From NCBI GenBank assembly GCA_963588055.1, contig CAVAGB010000007.1, positions 7,699 through 71,698 of the forward strand: a stretch of DNA of 64,000 nucleotides, in the 5' to 3' direction. The notes beneath the pieces were generated by a model, which saw only the letters and a program-made list of their open reading frames with translations, was not told the DNA's origin and did no database searches. Positions 37,201 through 46,454 of this stretch are shown piece after piece. Positions within the stretch are counted from its first letter, which is position 1, and each line of letters opens with the position of its first letter. The DNA is from Erysipelotrichaceae bacterium (GTDB taxonomy: Bacteria > Bacillota_I > Bacilli_A > RFN20 > CAG-826). Made by a program: the position numbers and the translations under genes.

Positions 37201-38193
37201 ATGATTGAGCTCCATTGCCACCTAGACGGTTCTTTAAGCGAAGAGGACATCGCTTATCTTTGCCTGCTGAACCACAAAGAAGGAGTCGATCTGAGCCGCG
37301 TCAAGCTCACCGCCGACAAATCCGTCCGCAGCCTCAACGACTATCTGCAATGCTTCGACTTCCCGATTTCGCTTCTGCAAACCGCGGAGAGCCTGACCTA
37401 TGCGACTTATTCCTTATATAGAAGGCTCGCCGAGCAAGGTATCCTCTATGCCGAGGTCCGCTTCGCCCCCCAACAGCACATCGCGCACGGTTTGACCCAA
37501 GAGCAGGCCGTCCTCGCCGCGATCTCCGGTTTGGAGGCGGCGAAAAAAGAGACCCGCATCGCAGGGCAATTGATCCTCTGCTGCATGAGGGGGAAAGACA
37601 CCAACGCGAAGAACAAGGAGACGATAGAAGTGGCCTCTTCTTTGCTTAACAAAGGGGTATGCGGGATCGACTTAGCCGGCGCGGAGGCCCTCTACCCGAA
37701 CGAGAACTACCTCGATGAATTCAAAATGGCTAGGGATCTGAGCCTGCCCATCACCATCCACGCCGGGGAGGCGGATGGAGCTAGCTCCGTCTGGAGCGCC
37801 ATCAAGATGGGGGCGACGCGCATCGGGCACGGCGTGCGCTCGATAGAAGACCCCCAGCTGCTTGCCTTCCTTGCCGCGACGCGGATCGGTTTGGAGGTCT
37901 GCCCCACTTCCGAGGTGGATACCTGCTCGATTCCTTCTTATTCTGTTTGCCCGATCGATAAATTCATGGAAAAAGGCATCCTTTTCACTCTGGCCACAGA
38001 CGACATGACCGTCTCCAGCATCACCCTCAACGAAGAATACCGCAAAGCCAGCAAAGCCTTCTCTTTGGATGAGGAAGCGCGCAAAAAGCTCTATCTCAAC
38101 GCCGTCGACATGGCTTTCCTAGACGCGGAAAAGAAGGCGTTTTTGCGGGATTTGGTTTTGAAAAGGCTGCAAAACCCCGCTGACGAGTTCTAA
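37201..38193 (+). CDS. add: Adenosine deaminase
   Basis: ELHCHLDGS, the HAGE catalytic motif, and a terminal D motif. Confidence 0.85.
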   Translation: MIELHCHLDGSLSEEDIAYLCLLNHKEGVDLSRVKLTADKSVRSLNDYLQCFDFPISLLQTAESLTYATYSLYRRLAEQGILYAEVRFAPQQHIAHGLTQEQAVLAAISGLEAAKKETRIAGQLILCCMRGKDTNAKNKETIEVASSLLNKGVCGIDLAGAEALYPNENYLDEFKMARDLSLPITIHAGEADGASSVWSAIKMGATRIGHGVRSIEDPQLLAFLAATRIGLEVCPTSEVDTCSIPSYSVCPIDKFMEKGILFTLATDDMTVSSITLNEEYRKASKAFSLDEEARKKLYLNAVDMAFLDAEKKAFLRDLVLKRLQNPADEF

Positions 38194-39248
38194 TCCTTTT
38201 TCGAAGGATCCTCTTCCTCGGACGGGGGGTCCTCCTCTTGTTTTTCCCTTTCCTCGATTTTCCTTTTGAGCTCAGCGATGTATCTCTGAAGCCTTTCGCG
38301 GTTCTCTTGCTGGACGGGGTCATCAAGCGGGGTCATCTCCAAAGCGGACTCCGCCTCTTTCAAGGCATAGGAGACGAGGGACTTCTCCCTGGCTTTGGCG
38401 ATCTCGTCCATGACGTAGAAGAAATAGGGAAGATAGGGCGAGAGCAAAAGGCAGGCCCCGATGAAGCCGAAGGCGATGCCGTAAGAGGCGGACCCCATCA
38501 CGAGCACGCCGAAGGAAGCCCCTCCGGCATAGCCTAGGACGAAGAGGATGATCGCAAGCCAATTGGCTTTGTAGTAATCCTTGTAGAAGGATCTCCTCTC
38601 CTGATGGAAGAAGTCAGAGAAGATCGCGTTGGCCGCCCTTGAGGGGACGCCGCCGAGGAAGGAACGCACATACGTGTTGAAGGTGTTCCTCCCAATCTCA
38701 TGGAAGAACCAATATCCCCCGAAGAAAAAGGCGATCACGATGGTCCAATTGCAATAGGAGAGCAAAGGCTCGGAGGAAGAAAGGAACTCATAGAGGGACT
38801 CGAGGGTCGTCCCGCTTTGATTCGCCAGCGAGGAGAAAGAGGAGACGGCCTCGGCGAAAGAGGCGGAAGAGGCGCTTAGGATATAAAAGAGGGAGAAGCC
38901 GCTGACTAAGGAAGCGAGGATCAGAACCAGCAAAGCCTTCAGCAAGGAAAGCCAAAAGCGATAGACTCCTAGGTAGAAGGAAAAATAGAGGCGGAACCCC
39001 ATGAAGCTTTCCCTGTTCGAGGGTCCATCCTCTTTCTTTGGGCGCAGCACCATGAGCTGCATCGAAAGCAAGGCGGGAAGCCCGATGAGGAGGATCGCTA
39101 GCAGCGATAAATCAACGCCAACGAGGGCCAAAGCGAAGCAGGAGCCGAAAAGCAAAAAGAAAGTCAGGGAGAGCAAAAGGGAATCCCCGACGCTCTTTTT
39201 GTAGCGGCTCAGCGCAAGATGGGCGATGTCAGTCTTCCTTTTTTCCAT
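38190..39248 (-). CDS. Hypothetical polytopic membrane protein with an acidic C-terminal tail
   Basis: 352 aa with multiple TM helices; C-terminus EEREKQEEDPPSEEEDPSKKD. Confidence 0.5.
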   Translation of the reverse strand: MEKRKTDIAHLALSRYKKSVGDSLLLSLTFFLLFGSCFALALVGVDLSLLAILLIGLPALLSMQLMVLRPKKEDGPSNRESFMGFRLYFSFYLGVYRFWLSLLKALLVLILASLVSGFSLFYILSASSASFAEAVSSFSSLANQSGTTLESLYEFLSSSEPLLSYCNWTIVIAFFFGGYWFFHEIGRNTFNTYVRSFLGGVPSRAANAIFSDFFHQERRSFYKDYYKANWLAIILFVLGYAGGASFGVLVMGSASYGIAFGFIGACLLLSPYLPYFFYVMDEIAKAREKSLVSYALKEAESALEMTPLDDPVQQENRERLQRYIAELKRKIEEREKQEEDPPSEEEDPSKKD

Positions 39249-39864
39249 TTTGGTTCAGCTGCGCGATGTCTTTCGCCGCGACGTCAAGCGCCCTTGGGTC
39301 CATCGGCTCGATGGGCAACGATTCCTTCTGGCGGATGAAAGAGGGGAAGTTCTTGAGCGAGACGACGAAGTTGTTGGGATAGGTAACCTCATAAGGGGAG
39401 ATGAGGCAATCGTCGTTGACGAGGACGACGGAGATGAAGAGCTTCTTGTCGAGGTTCGTCATCAAAGACATCCTGTCCACGCGAAGGGCGTTCATCCTGA
39501 GGGGATTGGGGATGATCTTCCCTTTCTTGTCCTTCTTGGAATAGAAGACCCAGCTCTGATCCTTCTCCTTCGCCCTGATCGCGCCGTCGTAGTAGCGGTC
39601 GCGGATGCAATAGATGAACTTGTTCCCGATCAGGATGTGGTCGATGTGGAATGTTTCCTCGTCCGCGGTTTTGTTCTTGAAGGCATTGATGAGGTAGAAA
39701 TCCTCGTCGAGGGCGACCCGGTAGATCCTTTTGTAGTAGGAATAGATCAGGTTGTGCTTGAAGGCGAGGTGGCGGAAGAAGGGATAGAGGAGGAGCGTCA
39801 AGAAAAGGAGCGTCGTCAAAGACGCCAAAGCGATGAGAAGGGACAGCTCAACGGCGTAAGGCAT
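39229..39864 (-). CDS. NERD-domain (nuclease-related) protein with an N-terminal TM anchor
   Basis: HIDHILIGNKFIYCIRDRYYDG resembles the NERD core; N-terminal hydrophobic helix. Confidence 0.55.
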   Translation of the reverse strand: MPYAVELSLLIALASLTTLLFLTLLLYPFFRHLAFKHNLIYSYYKRIYRVALDEDFYLINAFKNKTADEETFHIDHILIGNKFIYCIRDRYYDGAIRAKEKDQSWVFYSKKDKKGKIIPNPLRMNALRVDRMSLMTNLDKKLFISVVLVNDDCLISPYEVTYPNNFVVSLKNFPSFIRQKESLPIEPMDPRALDVAAKDIAQLNQNGKKED

Positions 39865-40581
39865 TTAGTAGGCGGAAGCAACCTCCACCGCCATCTCGAT
39901 CATGTCGAGCAGGTTCTTCTGCCTCTGCTCGGACGACATCGGCGCCTCGCCTAAGAAAGAATCGGAGACGGTGAGCAAAGTGAGGGCTTTCTTATGGAGC
40001 TTCGCGGCGATGCAATAGAGGGCGTAGCTCTCCATCTCGACGCCAAGCACGCCCATCTCGGCCCATTTCTTCCAAAGGTCGGGATCCGCGCTGTAAAAAT
40101 GATCCGCGGCCAAAATGTTGCCGACGTGGATCTTCTTCCCGAGTTTAACCCCGGTCTTATAGGCTTCTAGAAGCAGGGGGAAATCGGCGATCGCGCTGAA
40201 AGTCCCGCCCTTGAGGCCGTATTCGTCCATCCAATTGGAATCGGTGCAGGCGCCTTCGGCGAGGATGATGTCCCCCACTTTGACGTCTTTTTGGTAAGAG
40301 CCGCAGGTGCCGATGCGGATGATGGCTTCCACACCGTATTGCGAGAAAAGCTCGGTGGAATAGATCCCGATGCTCGGCTGCCCCATTCCGGAAGCCATAA
40401 CCGAGATCTCTTTGCCGCTTTTGGTTTTGCCGGTGTAGCCATAGACGTTGCGCACGCTGGTGACCAAGCGGGGCTCAATGAGGAAATTATCGGCGATGAG
40501 CTTGGCTCTAAGCGGGTCGCCCGGCATGAGGACGATCTTAGCGAAATCGCCTTTCTGAGCAGAATTGTGCGGGGTTGGCAT
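39865..40581 (-). CDS. deoD: Purine nucleoside phosphorylase, DeoD type
   Basis: Conserved PNP-I family blocks (MASGMGQPS, GTCG, VEMES). Confidence 0.85.
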   Translation of the reverse strand: MPTPHNSAQKGDFAKIVLMPGDPLRAKLIADNFLIEPRLVTSVRNVYGYTGKTKSGKEISVMASGMGQPSIGIYSTELFSQYGVEAIIRIGTCGSYQKDVKVGDIILAEGACTDSNWMDEYGLKGGTFSAIADFPLLLEAYKTGVKLGKKIHVGNILAADHFYSADPDLWKKWAEMGVLGVEMESYALYCIAAKLHKKALTLLTVSDSFLGEAPMSSEQRQKNLLDMIEMAVEVASAY

Positions 40582-40598
40582 GTTGTTTTCCTCCTATC

Positions 40599-41438
40599 TC
40601 AACGCGTTTTCTCTTCGTCTTTATGAGGGGCCTCGACGATGGCCATATAGTCTTCGAACACGTCGAAGAACTCATCGGGGTTCACGGTCCTCAGCTCGCC
40701 CTCATAGGCGATCGAGATGCGGCCGGTCTCCTCCGAGACGACGACCGTCACGGCGTCGGTGGTCTCGCTGATGCCGATGGCGGCGCGGTGGCGCGAGCCG
40801 AATTTGCCCGTCAAAGGCCTGGTGGTCGGGGTGTAATAGACGCTAGCGGCAACAATCATGTCGTTGCGGATGATGACCGCGCCGTCATGGAGCCTGGTGC
40901 CCGGATAGAAGATGGTCTGAAGTAATTCCGAGGAGACGGGGGCGTTGATCTGCGTGCCCGATTTCATCACCTCGTCGAGCGAATCGCGCTTCTCGAAGCT
41001 GATGATGGCGCCGACTTTCTGCTTGCTCATCCTCGTCACCGCGTCGAAGACCTTGCGGTAGACGGCATCGCGGTCGAAAAGGGCCTCAGGATGGTTCTTT
41101 TTGCGGCCGAAGAAAGTGAGGCGGGTCGCTTTGCCAACCATGTTGTTGGCGATGTATTCGCGGTTCTCGTTGGGATTGGCGATGTAGAAGACGATCATCT
41201 CGCCAAGCAAAGCAGCCAAGGCAACGTAAAAAGCGGGGTCGAGGCTGAAACCCCAGAAAAGCAGCATCGCGAGCTCTGTGGCGTAGAAAGCGACGCGGCA
41301 GAAGACGCGCCGGAAGAAAATCCAAGCACCGAAGCCGGCTGCTCCAAGCATCAGAATGAGAAATATGAATGTGACGTAATTAACTGGCTGCGCAAATTGT
41401 TCGAATCGGTATCCGCTCATAAATGGACTCCATGGCAA
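40599..41438 (-). CDS. cdaA: Diadenylate cyclase CdaA (membrane-anchored DAC domain)
   Basis: N-terminal TM helices followed by a DAC domain with DGAVII and GSRHRAAIGISE motifs; the ATG at 41420 is an alternative start. Confidence 0.8.
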   Translation of the reverse strand: MPWSPFMSGYRFEQFAQPVNYVTFIFLILMLGAAGFGAWIFFRRVFCRVAFYATELAMLLFWGFSLDPAFYVALAALLGEMIVFYIANPNENREYIANNMVGKATRLTFFGRKKNHPEALFDRDAVYRKVFDAVTRMSKQKVGAIISFEKRDSLDEVMKSGTQINAPVSSELLQTIFYPGTRLHDGAVIIRNDMIVAASVYYTPTTRPLTGKFGSRHRAAIGISETTDAVTVVVSEETGRISIAYEGELRTVNPDEFFDVFEDYMAIVEAPHKDEEKTR

Positions 41439-41534
41439 AAAAGGCTCTCGCCTTGAAAAAGTATAGCAAGATAAACAAAAAGAAAAAACGATTTACGCGC
41501 GCGTGGGCGAAATTTCCTGCAGAAAGCGGTTCAA

Positions 41535-42434
41535 TCAGCCTAGAAGAGGCCTTTTGACAGCTCGATTATGGCCTTCATAGAAAACCGCCAAGGTGCCAGG
41601 GCCGACGTGAGCGCCGGTGATGAGGTCGTAGAAATAGACCTCCACATTCTCGAAGCCTTTCTCTTCAAGCGTCTTCTTCATTTCCATGGCCTCGTCCAAA
41701 GCGTCGCAATGGGTGATGTAGACGGTCGAGGATCTATCTCCGGCGCTCGCCTCGACCTGATTGATGAGTTTCTTGATGGCGTTCTTCCGCCCGATGACTT
41801 TCTGCGTCACGGTGATGTGCCCTTCCTCCGAGCCATATAGGAGCGGCTTGATCATGAGCACGTTGCCTATGGCGGCGTTGAGCTTTGAAATGCGCCCATT
41901 CGCGGCGAGGTATTTAAGGCTGTCGACGGTGAACTCGCTGCGGACCCTGAGGACGTATTCCTCCGCCTTTTCAAGGAGTTCTTCCAAAGAGCAGCCCCTT
42001 TTTGCGAGGTTTTCGGCGTATAAGGCCACCATGCCTTCGCCGAATCCGGCGGTCTTGCTGTCCACCACTCCCATCACCGTTTTCCCCGTCTCTTCATTGA
42101 GCATCCCCGCGATGTTCCTCGCGCTTTGGCAGGAGCCGGAGATGAGGCTAGAAAGGGAGACGAAGACGACTTGGTTTCCTTTGCTGACCTCGCTCCGCGC
42201 GGTCTCTTCAAGAAGCCCCGGGCTAGGCAAGGAGGTCTTCACCTGCGCGCCGTCTCTCATCTTCGCGTAGAACTCGCACGAGAATGACTCGGGATCGATG
42301 GAGGAGTCATAGCAAAGGTACTCCTGATCGTCGATGCGCAGAGGCATGGGGAGCACTCGTATGGAGGAGCCTTTCTCCTTCAAAAAGGAAGCGAATAGAT
42401 TGCTCGCGGCATCGGTGAGAATTGAAATCGCCAT
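41535..42434 (-). CDS. DegV-family fatty-acid-binding protein
   Basis: DegV fold pattern (ILTDAASNL..., SLSSLISGS). Confidence 0.8.
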   Translation of the reverse strand: MAISILTDAASNLFASFLKEKGSSIRVLPMPLRIDDQEYLCYDSSIDPESFSCEFYAKMRDGAQVKTSLPSPGLLEETARSEVSKGNQVVFVSLSSLISGSCQSARNIAGMLNEETGKTVMGVVDSKTAGFGEGMVALYAENLAKRGCSLEELLEKAEEYVLRVRSEFTVDSLKYLAANGRISKLNAAIGNVLMIKPLLYGSEEGHITVTQKVIGRKNAIKKLINQVEASAGDRSSTVYITHCDALDEAMEMKKTLEEKGFENVEVYFYDLITGAHVGPGTLAVFYEGHNRAVKRPLLG

Positions 42435-42560
42435 AAAGATCCCTCCTTTTCAGAGCGAGAAACAGCTCGCGCCAAACGCATTCTAGTTTTGTTTACTAGA
42501 TGATTCAATATGGAATAACAGGTTTATGGAGCAATGGGCGCAGGAAGGAAAAAAGAAAAC

Positions 42561-42580
42561 TCGATGCGCGAGCATCGAGC
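42561..42580 (-). terminator. Terminator downstream of tRNA-Gly(CCC)
   Basis: 8-bp perfect hairpin CTCGATGCgcgaGCATCGAG, with TTTTCTTTTTT on the minus strand. Confidence 0.6.
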
Positions 42581-42590
42581 ATGCTTCGTT

Positions 42591-42664
42591 TGGAGCACCC
42601 CGCGGGAATCGAACCCGTATATCCAGCTTGGGAAGCTAGTGTTCTACCACTAAACTAGGGATGC
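42591..42664 (-). tRNA. tRNA-Gly (anticodon CCC)
   Basis: Acceptor stem GCATCCC/GGGGTGC, TPsiC box GGTTCGATTCCC, anticodon loop TTCCCAA. Confidence 0.75.
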
Positions 42665-42723
42665 ATCTCGCCTTTCGGCGAAATTTATTATACGGAGCAA
42701 GAGCGGCTTGTCCACTCTTTCTT

Positions 42724-43455
42724 TTAGCTTCTGCGCCTCAAAGCGCGCCTTTCGGCGGAGATTTTCTGCGCATAGGCGACGGCTTCCTCGCGGCTTGCGA
42801 AGACCTTGGTGACGCCGTTGACCTTGACCCTCCAGGGCTTGCTGCTTGCAACCGGGGCGGGGGAAGGAACGCTGCTATAGGTCGTCTTAACAGGAGCGGG
42901 CTCCTTCGCTTCTTGGGGAGGCAAATTCGGATAAGGGGCTTCGGGGGCCTTCGTTTCGACGGCTTCCGGAAGGGGGGCGGTCGGGACGACGGGGGCGAGG
43001 TTGCCATCCATCTCATCCTTCATCTCGTCTTTTATCTCGACGCTCTTGGCCTCGGAAGCGAGTTTCTCGTTCTCATAGGATTCGACGCGGTTGAGCACCT
43101 TGAAGAAGCGATGGTAGGCAATGAAGGGCCCCACGATGATGTAGGAGCCGAAGATGATCCAGCAGGCGAAGAAGGCCTTCGTAAGACGCGGCGAGGTGAT
43201 GCCTCTCTCCAACGCGGCGATTTGGATCTTCCCAGCCATCCTCGTGCACCAAACGAGGGGGACGATGCCGCAGGTGATGAAGCCTAGAAGATAGGCGAGA
43301 AGGAAGGGCATTTGCTTTTTGACGCCGTTATTGGCGTTGAGCTCATTGACCTCTTTGCGGACGTGGCTCAAGACGACGATCGGGTAAATCTCGAGGGTGA
43401 TGATGCCAAGCAGCAGGAAGCCAACACCAGATCTTTTGCAGTGACGGTATTTCAT
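42724..43455 (-). CDS. Hypothetical membrane protein: four TM helices, a Pro/Ala/Glu-rich linker, and a C-terminal basic ~45-aa domain
   Basis: Start at the ATG at 43455 behind an AGGAG SD; the linker is PEAVETKAPEAPYPNLPPQEAKEPAPV. Confidence 0.5.
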   Translation of the reverse strand: MKYRHCKRSGVGFLLLGIITLEIYPIVVLSHVRKEVNELNANNGVKKQMPFLLAYLLGFITCGIVPLVWCTRMAGKIQIAALERGITSPRLTKAFFACWIIFGSYIIVGPFIAYHRFFKVLNRVESYENEKLASEAKSVEIKDEMKDEMDGNLAPVVPTAPLPEAVETKAPEAPYPNLPPQEAKEPAPVKTTYSSVPSPAPVASSKPWRVKVNGVTKVFASREEAVAYAQKISAERRALRRRS

Positions 43456-43500
43456 TGGTTTTTTCTCCTTAGATGGAATCATACGCCACAAAGGGGAAAA

Positions 43501-43530
43501 GCAAAGAAAAAACCACGGGCTGGTCCGTGG
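43501..43530 (-). terminator. Terminator downstream of tRNA-Val
   Basis: CCACGGaccagcCCGTGG followed by TTTTTTCTTTGC on the minus strand. Confidence 0.6.
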
Positions 43531-43543
43531 CTTGATTCTCGCT

Positions 43544-43619
43544 TGGTGGGTGCTACAGGGATCGAACCTGTGACCTCCTGTACGTCAAACAGGTGCTCTC
43601 CCAGCTGAGCTAAACACCC
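43544..43619 (-). tRNA. tRNA-Val (anticodon GAC)
   Basis: Acceptor stem GGGTGTT/AGCACCC, D-arm AGCTCAGCTGGGAGAGC, TPsiC box GGTTCGATCCC, anticodon loop TTGACGT. Confidence 0.8.
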
Positions 43620-43774
43620 ATGAGATCCTGCGAGGCCGCTTAACGGCTTGCTTATTATAGGTATGCCCAAGAAGGCGCGCAAGAAGCAATTTTCATTTTT
43701 CGCCTCGTCATGAAAAATCCATTTTCTCAGCCTGACGACGGAAGAAAATGGATTCTCAAACGATGAGGACTGCC

Positions 43775-44296
43775 TTACTTGAGCCCTTTCGCCTTGCGGT
43801 GTTCATCAAGCGCGGCCGGGATTTCGATGAAAGGGCGGGTGACCTCCTCTATGGGGTCAGCGCAATCGTTGTCGAGCCAATTGATTAGCACGTTGAAGAG
43901 GGCGCCGGCGGTGAAAAGGGCGTAATAACGATCCAGCTTCACCGGCAGATTCTCGGTGAATTCCTTGGAGAGGAAAGCGAGGAGCTCGGTCTCCAGATGG
44001 GCGTTGCGGATCGCTTTGTTGGCGTCCATATTCGTCTTGAAGAAGATGAAGAGATTCAGAACCATGATCTCATTGTTGATTGGGCCGCCATTAAAGGAGT
44101 TCTGAGCCATGAATTTGGCTTTGGTCTCCTGGAAATAGCGGATGAGGACGTCCTCTTTGCTGGAGAAATGTCGGTAATAGGTGACGCGGCTAAGCCCCGC
44201 CTTGGCGACGATGTCGGTGATGGAGATCTTGCTGTAATCCTCCGTCTTCATGAGTTCGAGGAGGGCGTTGGTAATGGCTCCGGTGACGTTTTTCAT
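43775..44296 (-). CDS. TetR/AcrR-family transcriptional regulator
   Basis: N-terminal HTH (ISITDIVAKAGLSRVTYYRHFSSKEDVL) and a helical ligand-binding domain; start at the ATG at 44296. Confidence 0.75.
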   Translation of the reverse strand: MKNVTGAITNALLELMKTEDYSKISITDIVAKAGLSRVTYYRHFSSKEDVLIRYFQETKAKFMAQNSFNGGPINNEIMVLNLFIFFKTNMDANKAIRNAHLETELLAFLSKEFTENLPVKLDRYYALFTAGALFNVLINWLDNDCADPIEEVTRPFIEIPAALDEHRKAKGLK

Positions 44297-44470
44297 TGAT
44301 GTTTGTCCTTTTCTTGTTTCGTTCGTTTGAATTATAACCGAGCTCAAAGAAAAAGAAAACATATCGCGTTGTTTCGTTTCATTTTTCTGCTTATCGGATA
44401 GAAGACTTGATTTTTGTTATCAAGGAATGAAAGAAAGGGTCTTAAACTCCGTTTTTGTCAAGGGGCGGTT

Positions 44471-44498
44471 AAGAAAAGGCAACCGACGAAGGTTGCCT
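44471..44498 (-). terminator. Terminator downstream of tRNA-Thr
   Basis: GGCAACCttcgtcGGTTGCC followed by TTTTCTTA on the minus strand. Confidence 0.6.
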
Positions 44499-44510
44499 GA
44501 TGATGCGTCT

Positions 44511-44586
44511 GGTGCCGACAGCGGGACTCGAACCTGCGACCTATTCATTACGAGTGAATTGCTCTACCAACTGAGCCATGTCGGCG
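44511..44586 (-). tRNA. tRNA-Thr (anticodon CGT)
   Basis: Acceptor stem GCCGACA/TGTCGGC, D-arm AGTTGGTAGAGC, TPsiC box GGTTCGAGTCCC, anticodon loop CTCGTAA. Confidence 0.75.
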
Positions 44587-44637
44587 CGTGTATTAATATA
44601 GACATTCCCCCTGGCTTCAGCAAGAAAAATCGGCTTT

Positions 44638-45246
44638 CTAGCAGCGGCGCAGCCTTTCCAAGGTGAAGACGATGCCCACCCCGGCGCAGGCTTCGGCCAA
44701 AGGAATGGCAAGATAGCCAAAAAGTATTTGCCAAGTCAAAGAGACGCCTTGGAAGAAAATGAGGGTTGAGGTCAGGCCCGTCAAGGTCAAGATGACGGCG
44801 AAAGCGATCGAAAGGACCCGCACGAAGAGGAAGCTCGCCACCCCTCTTCTGTAGCGGATGATGAAGACGTAAAGCGCGATCCCCACACCCGCCTCGAGGG
44901 CGAGGAAGGCGGTGTAGAAAACGGAAAGGAGCACCGAGAAAGGAGAGCCCGAAGAGAAAGCGCTGAGCACGTTTATCTGACCATAGAAGAAGGCGCGGAT
45001 GTACTCGAAGAACTTCATCGAGACGAAAAGCCCGATCCCCGTATAGGCGAAATCGTCGTTGCGGATGTTGCAGCTGAGCAAGATGAGATAGATGACCGCC
45101 TCGAGGGCGAAGGCGAGGATGTTGACCCAAGAAGTGGTCCTGAAATAGGCCCAGGAATAAGCGATTTCGAGATAGAGGTAATACCCGAAGAAAAAGAAGC
45201 AAGCGAGGGCGAGGAAGCTGACGGCGAATATCTTGTTTTTGCTCAT
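44638..45246 (-). CDS. Hypothetical polytopic membrane protein (202 aa)
   Basis: Six predicted TM helices; the alternative frame 44564..45202 is Arg/Leu-rich junk. Confidence 0.5.
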   Translation of the reverse strand: MSKNKIFAVSFLALACFFFFGYYLYLEIAYSWAYFRTTSWVNILAFALEAVIYLILLSCNIRNDDFAYTGIGLFVSMKFFEYIRAFFYGQINVLSAFSSGSPFSVLLSVFYTAFLALEAGVGIALYVFIIRYRRGVASFLFVRVLSIAFAVILTLTGLTSTLIFFQGVSLTWQILFGYLAIPLAEACAGVGIVFTLERLRRC

Positions 45247-45291
45247 AGGCGTATCATAGTCGCAACCGCAAACGGCCTAAAGGAAAAAGTC

Positions 45292-45747
45292 ATGGTTAAG
45301 CCCCTCTTCCACTTCGGAATCACAGAAGACGCCAAGGTCATCCGCGAAGAGGTTTTCGTAAAAGAGCAGGGTTTTGCGGAGGAATTCGACGAGAACGACG
45401 CGAAATGTTGGCATCTCGTCCTTTATTTGGACTCCACCCCCATCGCTACGGGGAGAATCATCGAAGTGGACCCTGAGACCTATCGGATCGGAAGGGTCGC
45501 CGTGAGGAAGGAGTTCCGCCATATGAAGGTGGGCACCTACACCGTCAAGTTCCTTTGCAACAAAGCAATCAGCTTGGGGGCGAGGAAAGCGATCCTCGGG
45601 GCGCAGCTAGACAAGATGCCCTTCTATCGTTCCCTCGGCTTCAAGCCTTATCCCGACGGGGAGGTATTCGAGGAGCAAGGCGTGCCCCACTGCATGATGT
45701 ACAAGATCCTGATCAGAGACAAGAAGGGCTACAAGCCTTTCTATTGA
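45292..45747 (+). CDS. GNAT-family N-acetyltransferase
   Basis: Acetyl-CoA-binding motif RIGRVAVRKEFRHMKVG (R/Q-x-x-G-x-G/A-like) and a 151-aa GNAT-sized protein. Confidence 0.7.
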   Translation: MVKPLFHFGITEDAKVIREEVFVKEQGFAEEFDENDAKCWHLVLYLDSTPIATGRIIEVDPETYRIGRVAVRKEFRHMKVGTYTVKFLCNKAISLGARKAILGAQLDKMPFYRSLGFKPYPDGEVFEEQGVPHCMMYKILIRDKKGYKPFY

Positions 45748-45769
45748 TGAATGGCAAGGCAAGAACCTT

Positions 45770-46414
45770 ATGATCCTCCGCATGAATCCAACCGTCAAAA
45801 AAAGAATCTCGATCCTCTTGCTGCTTGGAGCGATCCTCGGTGAGATGATGGGCTTAAGCATCGCCTTCCTCACGGAAGATAAGCCCTACCTTTTCTTCAC
45901 CAACATGGGGAACTCCTTCTACCTGCTCTGCGCGATCGTGGTCTTGATTTGCCAATGCCATGCGCTGAAGAAAGGGAAGGAACTCGCCAAATGGGCTTCC
46001 CTCCTCCATTATGTGGGAACGGTGACTGAGACGCTGATCTTCCTGATCGTCGTCCTCTACCTCGTCTGGTTCAGCGGGCCGATGATGCTTTACTCCGGAA
46101 GCTTCGCCTTCTTGCACCTCCTTTGCCCTTTGCTGGCCATCGCCAACCATTTCTTCTTCCTGGGCAAACCTTCTTATATATATAAGGAAGGGGCTCTCGG
46201 CTTCTTGCCCCCTCTTCTCTACGCCTGCGCGATCATCCCCCTCTGCGCCTGCAAGGCGATCGAGGCCCCCTATCCTTTCCTTGACTTCGCCTCCAACCCA
46301 CCTTGGCTCACTCTCATCTACGCCATCGGCTCGATCATCGTCCTTTCTCTCATATGCTTCCTCTTGCTCCGCTTCGGAAAAAAGACGCAAAACCTCACCG
46401 AAAAGGACCGCTAA
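45770..46414 (+). CDS. Hypothetical polytopic membrane protein (214 aa)
   Basis: Six hydrophobic segments and Cys-rich loops. Confidence 0.5.
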   Translation: MILRMNPTVKKRISILLLLGAILGEMMGLSIAFLTEDKPYLFFTNMGNSFYLLCAIVVLICQCHALKKGKELAKWASLLHYVGTVTETLIFLIVVLYLVWFSGPMMLYSGSFAFLHLLCPLLAIANHFFFLGKPSYIYKEGALGFLPPLLYACAIIPLCACKAIEAPYPFLDFASNPPWLTLIYAIGSIIVLSLICFLLLRFGKKTQNLTEKDR

Positions 46415-46454
46415 CCTTGCAGAAGCCTAACGAAAAGGGGCCGAAGCCCCTTTT

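Noticed and set aside
43479-43682. 67-aa ORF overlapping tRNA-Val
   Set aside because: Runs antisense through a bona fide tRNA and its terminator
44564-45202. 212-aa alternative-frame ORF overlapping the 202-aa membrane protein
   Set aside because: Arg/Leu/Pro-rich translation; the 202-aa frame gives a coherent six-TM protein
45854-46390. 178-aa minus-strand ORF that might have been a jetD candidate downstream of jetC
   Set aside because: Antisense to the 214-aa membrane-protein gene; acidic/Gly-rich junk translation; nothing toprim-like
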